A stretch of DNA of 39,186 nt from an uncultured Nitrososphaerota archaeon (GCA_964636085.1 CAZWPQ010000015.1:8326-47511), one strand, 5' to 3'; positions 28,660-38,972 are shown, counted from the stretch's first letter. The notes: a model not told the origin generated them from the letters alone. Program-made: numbers and translations.

Positions 28660-28874
28660 TCTCTTCGCCAGGAATATGGATGTATTTATAGAAAATATGG
28701 AAAAATATTTATAAAGGAATCCTCAGACTTTTAAAAAATTGATTCTTAAATGGGATTTCTTGGGAATTTTTGTATGTATATTTGTGGCCTTAACTAATTT
28801 TTGTTTTGGTTTGTGATGTAGGTATAATTATTAATGTTTAATTCTGATTTATTCTAGTATTTACGTGTTGAGAA

Positions 28875-30332
28875 ATGACGCTTAAGCTGTATTTCTTTGG
28901 CGGTATTTCCGAGGTGGGGGGAAATAAGATTCTTGTGGATGATAATGGAACTAAAATATTTCTGGATTTTGGTATTTCCTACAGTAAGAAGTCTATGTAT
29001 TTTGACTTGTTTGTTGCTCCGAGATCCATAGGCCTATTGGAAGATTTGGGGATTATTCCTCGAATTAAGGATCTATACTCCCAGGCACTAGAGGACTATT
29101 TTTGTTGCGGGAAGGAGCTAGATTTTGATAAGGATCCAGAACCGCCCGTTGATGCTGTTTTTATCTCGCATGCGCATATGGATCATATTGGGCACATATC
29201 TTTGTTGTCAAGAAAAACTAGGATCTACATGGGTGATTGCGCCCAGAGGATATTGGAGGCTAGGGCAGAGGCCTATAGGGGGAGTAGATCTATTGACCTT
29301 GTTTATGATGGGTTATTTGATAATATAGGGACGTTTCATAGTTTTCAGAGGATCAATATTGGCCATACAGAGATAATACCAGTGCATGTGGATCATAGTA
29401 TTCCTGGGGCCTATGGTTTTATCATTAGGACATCCGAGGGGAAAGATATCGTGTATACTGGTGATCTTAGGTGGCATGGAGAGCAAAGGTTGACGGACGA
29501 TTTTGTGAGGGAGCTTGAGAAGATTGGAGATGTTGATTGTCTTATAACTGAATGTACGCATGTTGATTATTCTGGATATGTCTCGGAGGCCGAGGTTATG
29601 CAGAAAGCTAGGAGTCTCGTGGAGAGTTTTGATGGTAACTTTATTGTGGACTTCTCTAGAACGGACTATGATCGATTTTTTAGCTTTTGGCAGGTATCCA
29701 AGGACACGGACACGTATATGGTAGTGGATATCGATAGATGGTTTATCATAAGGACAATCATGGGTTGTAGGGGGATAATGAAAAAATTGGAAGAGTCGAA
29801 TTTGATTATATATCTCACCAAGAGGATGTTTAGGAAAGGGGCAGTCCTATCCTTTATAATGGATCTTGTCGAGAGAGATTCGGGCAGGGTGCTAAAAACA
29901 GATAGCTTAATAAACAGAGAACTCAAGGAGAAAGATAGTGAGATTGCTTTCCTACATGATTTTCTCAATAACGTAAGGAGGGAGGGCAAAAAGGCTATAA
30001 TCACAATTCCTAGGCCAGGAGCAGACATACTAATGAAGGTTATTGTGGGGGAAAACGTATATATACATGCATGTTCGGAGCCTATTTCTGAGGAGAGCGT
30101 GATTACTTTTGAGAAGCTACAAAATTGGCTAGAAATATTTGGCATTCCTATGTATCATATACATTCATCGGGACACATAACGCCTCTAGATCTTAGAAAA
30201 TTTGTACTCACAATCGAGCCGAAGAGTATAATACCTATACACGGGGAGAGGCCTGGTCTGTTGTCGCGCTTTATAAAGAAGGAGTCAATCAATTGGATAT
30301 TACCTCAGTATGGGTCTCCTATAGAACTGTAG
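28875..30332 (+). CDS. Metallo-beta-lactamase / beta-CASP ribonuclease (RNase J-like)
   Basis: GGISEVGGN, LDFG, SHAHMDH, VDHSIPGA, YTGDLR, HSSGH and IPIHGE motifs. Confidence 0.88.
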   Translation: MTLKLYFFGGISEVGGNKILVDDNGTKIFLDFGISYSKKSMYFDLFVAPRSIGLLEDLGIIPRIKDLYSQALEDYFCCGKELDFDKDPEPPVDAVFISHAHMDHIGHISLLSRKTRIYMGDCAQRILEARAEAYRGSRSIDLVYDGLFDNIGTFHSFQRINIGHTEIIPVHVDHSIPGAYGFIIRTSEGKDIVYTGDLRWHGEQRLTDDFVRELEKIGDVDCLITECTHVDYSGYVSEAEVMQKARSLVESFDGNFIVDFSRTDYDRFFSFWQVSKDTDTYMVVDIDRWFIIRTIMGCRGIMKKLEESNLIIYLTKRMFRKGAVLSFIMDLVERDSGRVLKTDSLINRELKEKDSEIAFLHDFLNNVRREGKKAIITIPRPGADILMKVIVGENVYIHACSEPISEESVITFEKLQNWLEIFGIPMYHIHSSGHITPLDLRKFVLTIEPKSIIPIHGERPGLLSRFIKKESINWILPQYGSPIEL

Positions 30333-30416
30333 ATCAGCATTGGTATCAGAACGAGCTCCATGATTTATATTTGGAAAAACATACTTTTTATTAAGATATA
30401 TCCAAAGGTGTTGAAT

Positions 30417-30737
30417 ATGCCTATCTTCGACAGGATTAAACCAGGAAAAATAGCCCAGGAAACTGGCATATATCTATGTGATAATTGTGGGGAAATAATA
30501 GCACTAGCGAAGGGAGAGAGGCTTCCCCCTTGCAAGTGTGGCTCTCCAACATGGATTCTTGTGGCTATTGCTGGTGAGGCTGGGAAGAAATATAAAACTG
30601 GTACAGAGAGTCCAGAGTCTGGTTTGTTTATCTGTACAAAATGTAAGAATGAGATAATACCCATTGCCAAAGGAAATGTCTTTCCCCCCTGTAAGAAATG
30701 TGGAGGTGAAGAATGGCAACTCATTCTATCGGCTTAG
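30417..30737 (+). CDS. Tandem zinc-ribbon protein
   Basis: Two units: KPG.....TGIYLCDNCG...LPPCKCG..W and KTG..SPESGLFICTKC...FPPCKKCG..W. Start refined to ATG 30417 (track 30360). Confidence 0.8.
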   Translation: MPIFDRIKPGKIAQETGIYLCDNCGEIIALAKGERLPPCKCGSPTWILVAIAGEAGKKYKTGTESPESGLFICTKCKNEIIPIAKGNVFPPCKKCGGEEWQLILSA

Positions 30738-30821
30738 CCGTTTTCTCTATGTTTTTATTTTTTCCCTAATGAGTAGTTATGATTTTGACTTATGCGATGG
30801 TGCCTCCAGTATTATTCTTAA

Positions 30822-32660
30822 TTAATCCCTAAAGAAAGTTGAGAGCCCCTCCTCATGTTCCATAATTAGTTTCTTTGCCTCAATTATAGCTTCATTGGTT
30901 CCAATCATCTTAAGAATCTTGACCATTTTTACAAGTAGGAGTGCCTTAATTAGACTCTCCTCCTGTATTACCTTTACGAATGGTTTCAATGAGTCATATA
31001 TACATCTTAGTATTTCTCTTTTTGTTTCTTCATGATAAAGCACAGCCATGTATGCTAGTGCCTCGGCCATACCGAGATATATTGTTGCGTACGTAAGGTT
31101 ATCATAGTTTGAATACATATCCATGCAATAGTTGGCATGCTCCTTTACTAATTTTGGTATGTCCTCCACATAGATCCCTCTGATTGAAAACATCATTGAT
31201 AACAAACCAATGATCCTTGAAACAGCAGTCTGGTATAATATTGTATTTATACTTCGTTTGAATCTAAGCAAGACAAGCCATTTTAATGTCGCAAGAAGAA
31301 TATCTCTATAGTGATCGACAAGTCTCAAAACCTTGTCGTGTTCAGATATATCCATCAGTATTGCCAACAGTATATTAAAAGTCAAATCTACGTTTTTTAC
31401 TTTTATCGCATTTGGTACATGTCTGGATTTCCTGTTTAGGATTTTGTAGTATTTATATTCGTTGCTAATGAATTTATCAAGTAGTTTGTATATGTGTTTC
31501 GCATTCATTCCATGTATATATAAAGCCCATATGATCAGCATTTGGACTATGAATAGGCGGTGAAAAGGAATTTCGCCACCACGGTTTAATGATTCCTTCA
31601 AGCCATCATATGCTTTCTGAAGATACTTTTGCCAGACCTCAAACTCTGGTGGGTTACAAACCTGGATTTCTAGGGTGTAGATCATACTAAGGATTCTAGT
31701 ACTCATCAACTCTGATATCTCAAGGAACTTTCTCAATAGGTACCCTTGGACATCCCTGATGGGGATATCCATAACCACTAGAGAGTAAATAAGACTGGAC
31801 TCCCTGTTTGTATTTTCTATCCTATCCAATAACTTTCTTTTTGCCTTATATATTAAGGCAACAAGTGTATCATTAGATACTGGTATTATATATGAATCCA
31901 AAACAGCCATCAAATAATCCCTTAATATATCATCTTCTATCTCCATTATCACACTCTTAATCATCCCGGCCGAGATCTTTTGACTCCTAGTTTCTGAACC
32001 CATAATGTTGATCGCGGAGATAGAAAATAATATCTTTGGCAAATCACCAAGGTGGAATAAATCTAATCCATGGTCTATAACAGAGCGAAAATCACCCTTC
32101 ATATACATCATTATTAGTGACTCTAGGTCTATAGCTCCTTTTCTCCCCTCCTTGGCTAATCCTACGCCGGATATTCTATCTTGCCTGAGGTGAAGACTAG
32201 GAATATCCAGACTCATATGTCTTTCTGAAATGGAGCGCTCTTTAAGTATTCTATCCGCTATAATTAGAAGTCTTTTAGTGCTAGGCAGTAACACGGATAA
32301 TGAATGCATTATTATTTTCTTGATTCTCCCCATGACTACAGTTTCTCTAAATACCTGTTCTGGACGATAACCAGTACTCGCAATCCTAGCCAGTGCGTTC
32401 TTTATACCCAAAAAAATTCTCGTGTCTTCATCGTCCGCAATCACAGCTAAGATATATCCTTCATGCTCTCCCAGATATACATAGTATCCCCTAAGATATA
32501 TTATTGGAGGGCTGGTAGATAGAATAGCCTTTATCTTACTATGTACTATACCAATAAGCTCTCTATATAATGTTTGACACAGCTTAAGAGGTACACAAAT
32601 GCTATCTATAAGCAATGCGTTTCCTTTGGAGTCAAACAGGATATATCCACAAATCAACAT
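30822..32660 (-). CDS. Hypothetical protein: N-terminal longin-like domain plus long helical region
   Basis: ICGYILFDSKGNALLI...IIYLRGYYVYLGEHEGYILAVIADDED, then a largely helical remainder. Likely start ATG 32660 (track 32696). Confidence 0.6.
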   Translation of the reverse strand: MLICGYILFDSKGNALLIDSICVPLKLCQTLYRELIGIVHSKIKAILSTSPPIIYLRGYYVYLGEHEGYILAVIADDEDTRIFLGIKNALARIASTGYRPEQVFRETVVMGRIKKIIMHSLSVLLPSTKRLLIIADRILKERSISERHMSLDIPSLHLRQDRISGVGLAKEGRKGAIDLESLIMMYMKGDFRSVIDHGLDLFHLGDLPKILFSISAINIMGSETRSQKISAGMIKSVIMEIEDDILRDYLMAVLDSYIIPVSNDTLVALIYKAKRKLLDRIENTNRESSLIYSLVVMDIPIRDVQGYLLRKFLEISELMSTRILSMIYTLEIQVCNPPEFEVWQKYLQKAYDGLKESLNRGGEIPFHRLFIVQMLIIWALYIHGMNAKHIYKLLDKFISNEYKYYKILNRKSRHVPNAIKVKNVDLTFNILLAILMDISEHDKVLRLVDHYRDILLATLKWLVLLRFKRSINTILYQTAVSRIIGLLSMMFSIRGIYVEDIPKLVKEHANYCMDMYSNYDNLTYATIYLGMAEALAYMAVLYHEETKREILRCIYDSLKPFVKVIQEESLIKALLLVKMVKILKMIGTNEAIIEAKKLIMEHEEGLSTFFRD

Positions 32661-32859
32661 CGACAACACATAAACAACAAGATAATTGCGCATCATTATA
32701 TATAAAGGATAGCAAATCGAAAAGAAAAAGACTCTTCGTAGTAGGCAATAGTAAACCCAATATAGCTGTTCTAATATAATTTCTATATTAAATTCTTTAT
32801 AAAAATATAATTCTTTATTAAAAATAATGAAAACAATTAAAAATCTTTGGTGTGCCTAA

Positions 32860-33396
32860 ATGGCACGGTATATAGGATATAAACCTTTAGTAGTTGTCGT
32901 TCCAAATGATTTTGGTCCTCCAATATATTATTCCCCCCCTGAGGATATGACTCTCTTATTTTCTCAGACGCTTTCTGCTATACTACTTGGTGTTAAAGAG
33001 CTTGATGAAGAACAAATTGGAGTCGGCCTAGAGTCACTGAAAATGTTCTTTAATGAATACGAGGACAGAAAAATGCTATATAGTGGAGGTGGAGCGCTCC
33101 TTATACTACCAGATACATACAAGGAAAAGGAATCATATTTCACAAAACTGAAAGAGATATTCAAGTACATGGGAATACCGCTAAAAATAAAATACTGGAA
33201 GGACTTTGGCTTAGACTTTTCAGTTTCAGTATTTGCTATTGATCTGAGCCTAAGAACAGAACTAGGTATCCTAAATTTCGTCATGAATAACTCGGAAGAT
33301 ATCAAAAAGTGGGAACTAAAGGCTGGAGAATATAAGCATACTGGACTGGTGTTACTTGGATCCGAATGGATAACGCCACAAAACGAGGAAGATTAG
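32860..33396 (+). CDS. Hypothetical protein (weakly uDENN/longin-like N-terminus)
   Basis: ATG ORF of 178 aa beginning LVVVVPNDFGPPIYYSPPED..LLFSQTLSAILL. Confidence 0.6.
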   Translation: MARYIGYKPLVVVVPNDFGPPIYYSPPEDMTLLFSQTLSAILLGVKELDEEQIGVGLESLKMFFNEYEDRKMLYSGGGALLILPDTYKEKESYFTKLKEIFKYMGIPLKIKYWKDFGLDFSVSVFAIDLSLRTELGILNFVMNNSEDIKKWELKAGEYKHTGLVLLGSEWITPQNEED

Positions 33397-33629
33397 TGGT
33401 TTAAACAATCAAAAAGTACACAAATTTTCTTATATATGTACTTCAGCTCTAACGTTTGTATTACAACACCATGTTTTTAGAATTTTCACCCATAATGGCC
33501 TTTAAAGATCAAAGCTAGAGCCAATCTTAGTCTCATTAATGGCGCTTCCTATGTATAATATATTACATTAAGTTATGTAAATACGTAGTAGTAAATATGT
33601 GTAAATTTATGATATTCTGGTAGGGTGGG

Positions 33630-34850
33630 ATGGATAGAAATTTATTGACTCTTTCTCTGACGGCCATCATAAATGCTTTTGTAGTGTCGATATTCTGGAC
33701 AATATTGCCTCTTTACATGTGGGATTTTGGCTTTGACCTTATGGATATTGCTATACTTTGGTCTGCTCAGACTCTAATGATGATTCTATTTTCGAGGTTT
33801 TTTGGTTTGATGGCTGATAGGTATGGGAAAAAACTATTCATATTGTGTCAGATGTTTTTATATGTAATTGCATATGTATATCTGTATATATTTATATCGG
33901 TGTATGGACAGCCAAGTCTTTTTGCTTTTGTTGTTTTTTCTGCTTGTGTTGGCCTTGGTGTTGCCATTGGAGGAGGCGCATTTATTGCTGCAGTAACCAC
34001 ATCATTGACGCGGAGGTATATAGGTAAGGCCACAGGGGTATTTTTAAGTTTTGATGCTATTGGGTGGACCATAGGTAGTTTTATATCTGGTTATGTTGTA
34101 GATAATTTTGGTCTTAGAACAGTATTTTTGATATCTCTGTCGCTTATTTTGTTGGGCATACCGCTTTTTTCTATGAGTTATGTAGAATCAAAAGACAGAA
34201 GTATAGATAACCAATTTGGTCTAGGTGGACTCTTTAGAAAGGCTTGGTCTTTTAGTATTCCAAGTAGACATGGCTATCTACTCCGTCTCTATTCAATAGT
34301 AGCCCTGCTTAATCTTGGATCGTCGTTTTATTTCTTGGCTTTCATAATTAAGTTCTATGTTATTGTAGGTACAAAGACAATGTATGGGGTAATAACTGGT
34401 TTTGCTGGTCTTATTGGGATGGCTACCCCCTATTTGGTGGGGAATGTAAGCCATAAGGTGGGATACGAGAGGCTATTGGTATATTCGTTGGGTGCGAGGA
34501 CTATATTCATGATATATCTATCATTTTCTTGGGATAAGAGCGTGGCAATAATTTTTTGGATACTACCACTATGGGGCGTCATAAATCTATCAATAATCTC
34601 GCTAACAACAGACTATGCGCTGGAGGGCTATGAGTCAGAGGCTCAAGCCATAAGAAATATTGTAATGTATGTATTTATGACTGTAGGCAATATTGTTGGT
34701 GGGTATATTTCCAGGTTCTTTGATTTTAGGAAAAACCTCATGGCCATGTCTACTATCTTGATTCTGGGCTCCTCAATATATCTGATGGGATTAGTACTGT
34801 CCTTCTCTCTTCTAAGAAATGTAAGGAAAGAAGTCTCTAATATTAGATAG
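33630..34850 (+). CDS. MFS transporter
   Basis: About 12 TM; motif A GLMADRYGKK and second-half equivalent GNVSHKVGYE. Confidence 0.9.
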   Translation: MDRNLLTLSLTAIINAFVVSIFWTILPLYMWDFGFDLMDIAILWSAQTLMMILFSRFFGLMADRYGKKLFILCQMFLYVIAYVYLYIFISVYGQPSLFAFVVFSACVGLGVAIGGGAFIAAVTTSLTRRYIGKATGVFLSFDAIGWTIGSFISGYVVDNFGLRTVFLISLSLILLGIPLFSMSYVESKDRSIDNQFGLGGLFRKAWSFSIPSRHGYLLRLYSIVALLNLGSSFYFLAFIIKFYVIVGTKTMYGVITGFAGLIGMATPYLVGNVSHKVGYERLLVYSLGARTIFMIYLSFSWDKSVAIIFWILPLWGVINLSIISLTTDYALEGYESEAQAIRNIVMYVFMTVGNIVGGYISRFFDFRKNLMAMSTILILGSSIYLMGLVLSFSLLRNVRKEVSNIR

Positions 34851-35298
34851 AAAATTTGATCTTTTGTAGAGGCACGCCTTGCCTGATTTAGGCTTCAAAT
34901 TACTTATTCTGTGCGAGGAGGGAAGAAACTCGTAGGATCGACAAGAATGGGGTTTAAGAGATAATTTTTTATCTAAGGTTTCCATATTTACATATATATC
35001 AATTTTTTAGCCGTTGCAGCTGAATACTTTATACCTAAGAGCAGGGAATACCCTGACTGGTCGCGCGTTGCCTAGTCTTAGAAAAGAAATACGGATAGGT
35101 ACAATAGCATTAATTATTATTGTGAAGATATAGAGAAGAATGATAAGTCTAGAGTGCCCATTCATTTTTGGAAGTAACCATACCGATTGTCTGTTCTCCA
35201 TGGTTGATATCTTCTCAGAAGGTTTGTTGAAGAATTGTTCATTTAATATGATTATTAAATTTTAAGATGTATTATATTAGAGTTAGAATGTTTGGTTA

Positions 35299-36027
35299 TT
35301 GTTAATCTATTGTGTTAGGCGAATATACGTGGGCTCAATTCATGATGATAAATATTACCTTGTATATTTAGAGGATTTAGAATACCCAGAGAAAATACTT
35401 AAGAAGATATCATCCACAACTAATGTATATGGTGTTGGTGTGGACTGTAATAATCCAAGGAAAATAAAATATGTGGTGATAAAATCAAGGCAAGGGATCC
35501 TGTTGCAAGATGAAATTCATTTGCAAGAAATAAGGGATAAATACCTTTTATCGGGCCCTCGGGTCCTTGTGGAGTATGGATTGAATGCTTTCTGTGATGA
35601 GATTCTTCTTGTTAGACCAGATGAAACGATGAGAAAGCGTGCGAGTGGCATTTTTCTGTGTTTGGAAGACACCATTGCGACTACATTTAAGCATGCAATA
35701 GAATGCAGACCATTATGGCTAAGATATGTTGTAATGATTTATATATACAGACGCGTTGACATGAAATATCTTCTAGATAGATGCCTTATGCTGGGTATTT
35801 GCGATGAAGTCAAGAAGTTTTTGGGCTTGATTTTTAAGACATTTAGAGGTAGATGGGAAGGTAAAAGATCCGTAAAAATTGCGTTAAGTCACCCCAGATT
35901 CAGACATATTATGGACTATTTTAATCATATCCACTGGTATGAGATAGATGCCGATGTAGAGTCCTATTGTGGACTAACACCAGAAATCATTGTATCCCTC
36001 GCTGGGAAACAGCTATATGGATATTAG
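35299..36027 (+). CDS. Hypothetical protein, possible AbiEi-like partner of the downstream nucleotidyltransferase
   Basis: CLEDTIA...VDMKYLLDRCLMLGI resembles AbiEi-type C-terminal helices. Its stop abuts the next start (TAGTGATG). Confidence 0.5.
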   Translation: MLIYCVRRIYVGSIHDDKYYLVYLEDLEYPEKILKKISSTTNVYGVGVDCNNPRKIKYVVIKSRQGILLQDEIHLQEIRDKYLLSGPRVLVEYGLNAFCDEILLVRPDETMRKRASGIFLCLEDTIATTFKHAIECRPLWLRYVVMIYIYRRVDMKYLLDRCLMLGICDEVKKFLGLIFKTFRGRWEGKRSVKIALSHPRFRHIMDYFNHIHWYEIDADVESYCGLTPEIIVSLAGKQLYGY

Positions 36028-36029
36028 TG

Positions 36030-36659
36030 ATGCGGATGAAAGCTTCTCCTTCATATTGGATGTCAATAATGATAAAGGTTACTGAATGGCTAACGGATAA
36101 GGATATTAGCTACACAATTTTTGGTAGTGCATGTTTCTCTCTGCTGGTAAGACCAGTATACACAAAAGATATAGATATCCTGATTAGACCATTTCCTGAG
36201 ATCGAAGAATCATCAAAATTTGCAATAGAATTACGCAATATACTTGGAGGAATAAGAGCATTTCCACTATTTGATGCTTTAGAGGGCGATAGAATAATCG
36301 TTGAAGTGGGGACACCAGATGGGTTAGTAGGGGTAGAGCTATGGTCGCATATTTTGAGGGAGAAAAAATCAATAATATTTATCGACAAGAGTATAGAGGT
36401 GTCGCATCAGGGTAAGACTTTGCGAGTTCTTCCACCAGAGTTATATCTAGCTACAAAACTCTGCGAATTAACGCCAGAGCCAATAGATAAAGAAAGAATA
36501 GACGAGCTACTTCATGTCTATGAAGATAAAATGGATATTGAATATGTTATCTGGGCCATAAAAATACTTAATTGTCCTAGCCTGGCAAAGGGGAATATAA
36601 ATTTATGGTACGGAGAAAAAAAGCCAAAAATACTAATAGAGATTCTAAGCCATATATAA
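36030..36659 (+). CDS. Pol-beta superfamily nucleotidyltransferase (AbiEii/DUF6036-like)
   Basis: YTIFGS...TKDIDILI (GS plus DxD), LRVLPPELYLATKL and DKERIDEL. Start refined to ATG 36030 or 36036 (track 35967). Confidence 0.75.
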   Translation: MRMKASPSYWMSIMIKVTEWLTDKDISYTIFGSACFSLLVRPVYTKDIDILIRPFPEIEESSKFAIELRNILGGIRAFPLFDALEGDRIIVEVGTPDGLVGVELWSHILREKKSIIFIDKSIEVSHQGKTLRVLPPELYLATKLCELTPEPIDKERIDELLHVYEDKMDIEYVIWAIKILNCPSLAKGNINLWYGEKKPKILIEILSHI

Positions 36660-36978
36660 CCCCCAATATTGTTTCAGAATAATGAATGTTGTTTATATAT
36701 TTATGCGAGCAGCTAGTGCCTCTATTGTTCGAAACTATGGTGCTAGGCTATTTAATGAAAATAGAATAGTGAGACTCTAAGGAATAACCTAAATGATGTG
36801 ACTATGTACAATGATTATCTGTCCACAATCTACAGTTTTTACAACAACAATCGCCTCTAGCAGAGATAAGTGAAATGATTTTTTACGCCAAGACTCAGAC
36901 ATAATTAAATGAAATAATGTATTTATATGAGGAGAAGAATCACATCGATCTCTAATATTGGTGCATGGGTGTTCAAAG

Positions 36979-37749
36979 ATGTGTGATCTATTAGTAGCAT
37001 CCTTTTCATCAGAATATACCGCTCCGAAGACGCTCCACGAATTCATGATAAGATGTGTAAGAAGAGGAGATCTCGACGGTTGGGGCGTCGGATTTTTCCT
37101 CAAAAATAGAGAAGGCGTAATAGTAAAAAACACAGACTTCGTTTTTAGGGAGAATACTATTATTACCGCATTTGATCTCGTAGCAAGGTGTATTGAAAGC
37201 GAAATTATTTTAGCGCATTTTAGACTAGCCTCAAGAAAAGAATTATATGGCGAAAAATATGCGCATCCATTTAAAGCCAAGTTTCTGGGGGCTGAGTGGA
37301 TATTCGCACATAATGGGTATTCCGAAAGCATACTAGAATATAGGACATCCAACAGGATAATACATAAGGATAGAACATTTGACTCGCCAAGAATATTTGA
37401 ATTCATTAGGGATAAGATGATAGAGTATCTCCATGGTGGCCCATTAAGAAGTCTATTCTATGCCGTTAAGAATGCTATAAAAGAGCTATATCACTCATAT
37501 GATGGCACATATAACTTTATTTTGGCGAACAGCAACGTCGTATTTATAAATTTAGATGGGCAGCATCCACATAACAACAGGATGTATATGATAGTAAGAA
37601 GGAAAACTGGGTACGACAGAGCAATAATAGTTACTACAGTGCCCAATCTAACTAATGAAGAATGGATAACTGTAAGACCTAGACGTAACCATAGAGGAAA
37701 ACTACTTATGATATCAGAGGGCGAATTACTATATAATGCTGATGTTTAA
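36979..37749 (+). CDS. Class II glutamine amidotransferase (YafJ/EgtC-like Ntn hydrolase)
   Basis: Start MCDLL gives an N-terminal nucleophile Cys (ATG 36979); DGWGV, LAHFRLAS, HPF, FAHNG and DS motifs. Confidence 0.88.
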   Translation: MCDLLVASFSSEYTAPKTLHEFMIRCVRRGDLDGWGVGFFLKNREGVIVKNTDFVFRENTIITAFDLVARCIESEIILAHFRLASRKELYGEKYAHPFKAKFLGAEWIFAHNGYSESILEYRTSNRIIHKDRTFDSPRIFEFIRDKMIEYLHGGPLRSLFYAVKNAIKELYHSYDGTYNFILANSNVVFINLDGQHPHNNRMYMIVRRKTGYDRAIIVTTVPNLTNEEWITVRPRRNHRGKLLMISEGELLYNADV

Positions 37750-38002
37750 AAACAGATAAATACACTAGAAACTTTTATGGTTATCATAGACAAGCACATC
37801 CGATGAGAAACTTCTTAAACTATGTTTTGTTGGCTTATAGTAATATATAAAATGTTCACTAAATGCATTCATAATACTGTATGCCCTAGTATGTGTATAA
37901 AAGTTAGCGTTCATACTCAATAACTTATATAGGTAATTTCATACATTCTTTTAATGGATAATGGAAGTTAAGAAATAGCAGGCTTATGCAAGTGTTCGTA
38001 CA

Positions 38003-38458
38003 ATGGCCCCGGTTTCGAGACTCCTAATATTCACAAAGGGGGGGCTATTAGGTATAATAGATTTCTCTAAGGAAAGAGTGGAGTTCCTACTTGAATGGCC
38101 CGAGGAAGTATCCATAAGCGGTATGGCCTTAGTTGCAACGTTGATGAGTATATTGGATAAGAAGGATGACCCCATAATAACGTTCAAGGATATAATGAAT
38201 TATGCCTCCCCAGATGTAAAAATCCTGTTCGGGGAAAAGGGAATAAAATTACTAAAGAAACCTCTGTGGATGGCGTATGTTGGGAAGGACTCAGACTATA
38301 TTGTAATAGCGGAGTACAACACGGAGAATGATAAGTATTTAGTTGTAGATTTCCTTAGACAATTAGTCTCGTTCCTTAAAGATATCCCCGAAGAGGCTAT
38401 ACTTGTATGTACAGAAACTCTTAAGTTCGCTTGGGAAGCATTTGGTATGTCCAAGTAG
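38003..38458 (+). CDS. Hypothetical protein, possible stand-alone longin/roadblock-like domain
   Basis: RLLIFTKGGLLGII...GMALVATLMSIL...WMAYVGKDSDYIVIAEY...FLRQLVSFL topology. Confidence 0.55.
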   Translation: MAPVSRLLIFTKGGLLGIIDFSKERVEFLLEWPEEVSISGMALVATLMSILDKKDDPIITFKDIMNYASPDVKILFGEKGIKLLKKPLWMAYVGKDSDYIVIAEYNTENDKYLVVDFLRQLVSFLKDIPEEAILVCTETLKFAWEAFGMSK

Positions 38459-38649
38459 GAGTAGACTGAGCATTAAGTGATATTTTCTGTTGTTCCCGAT
38501 TTTTCTGCATGTGTTTCTCTACGACAATAATATTATTTTATCGATCAGTTTCTATAACTTGTAGCTCTGTCCTAGAAACATGATGCTTGATTAAAAGGAA
38601 CATAAAAATTATTCATGATAGGATTTAATGACGATGAAATATTTGGCAT

Positions 38650-38705
38650 TGTCAGAAGAATCAGCGGTCAGCATGGAGTCGGTATCGACTCCGTTCATCA
38701 TTTGA
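38650..38705 (-). ncRNA. Candidate C/D- or K-turn-like structured RNA
   Basis: Minus strand AUGAUGA ac[ggagucg auac cgacucc]aug CUGA ccg CUGA uucuu CUGA: a C box, a 7-bp hairpin and three CUGA motifs, intergenic. No consensus C' box. Confidence 0.4.
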
Positions 38706-38972
38706 TGACATTTTGAAGTTATCTATATCCACAGATTTTATCAAATATCAACAATAAAAAATTGTGTTTATCGAAATAAGTACTTCATATTGGCGATATT
38801 ATAAACATGTTAGTGCATGAGCATTATAGGGGTAGCCCTGTAATAATATCAGTAGGTATATGCAGTGAATATTAGATCTATCCATTCTCGGTGGCCTTAG
38901 CAATATCGAGGCCATTTTGAGCAAAAAATATCTTTATGTATTTTAATATCTTCAAATGATACTATATATAGG

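Noticed and set aside
30777-30824. Premature stop at the end of the longin-like gene (frame continues LRRILEAPSHKSKS)
   Set aside because: Only 14 extra codons, compatible with chance.
38668-38701. SECIS element or tRNA fragment
   Set aside because: No unpaired AA apical motif, no in-frame UGA selenoprotein nearby, and no cloverleaf around the T-arm-like sequence.
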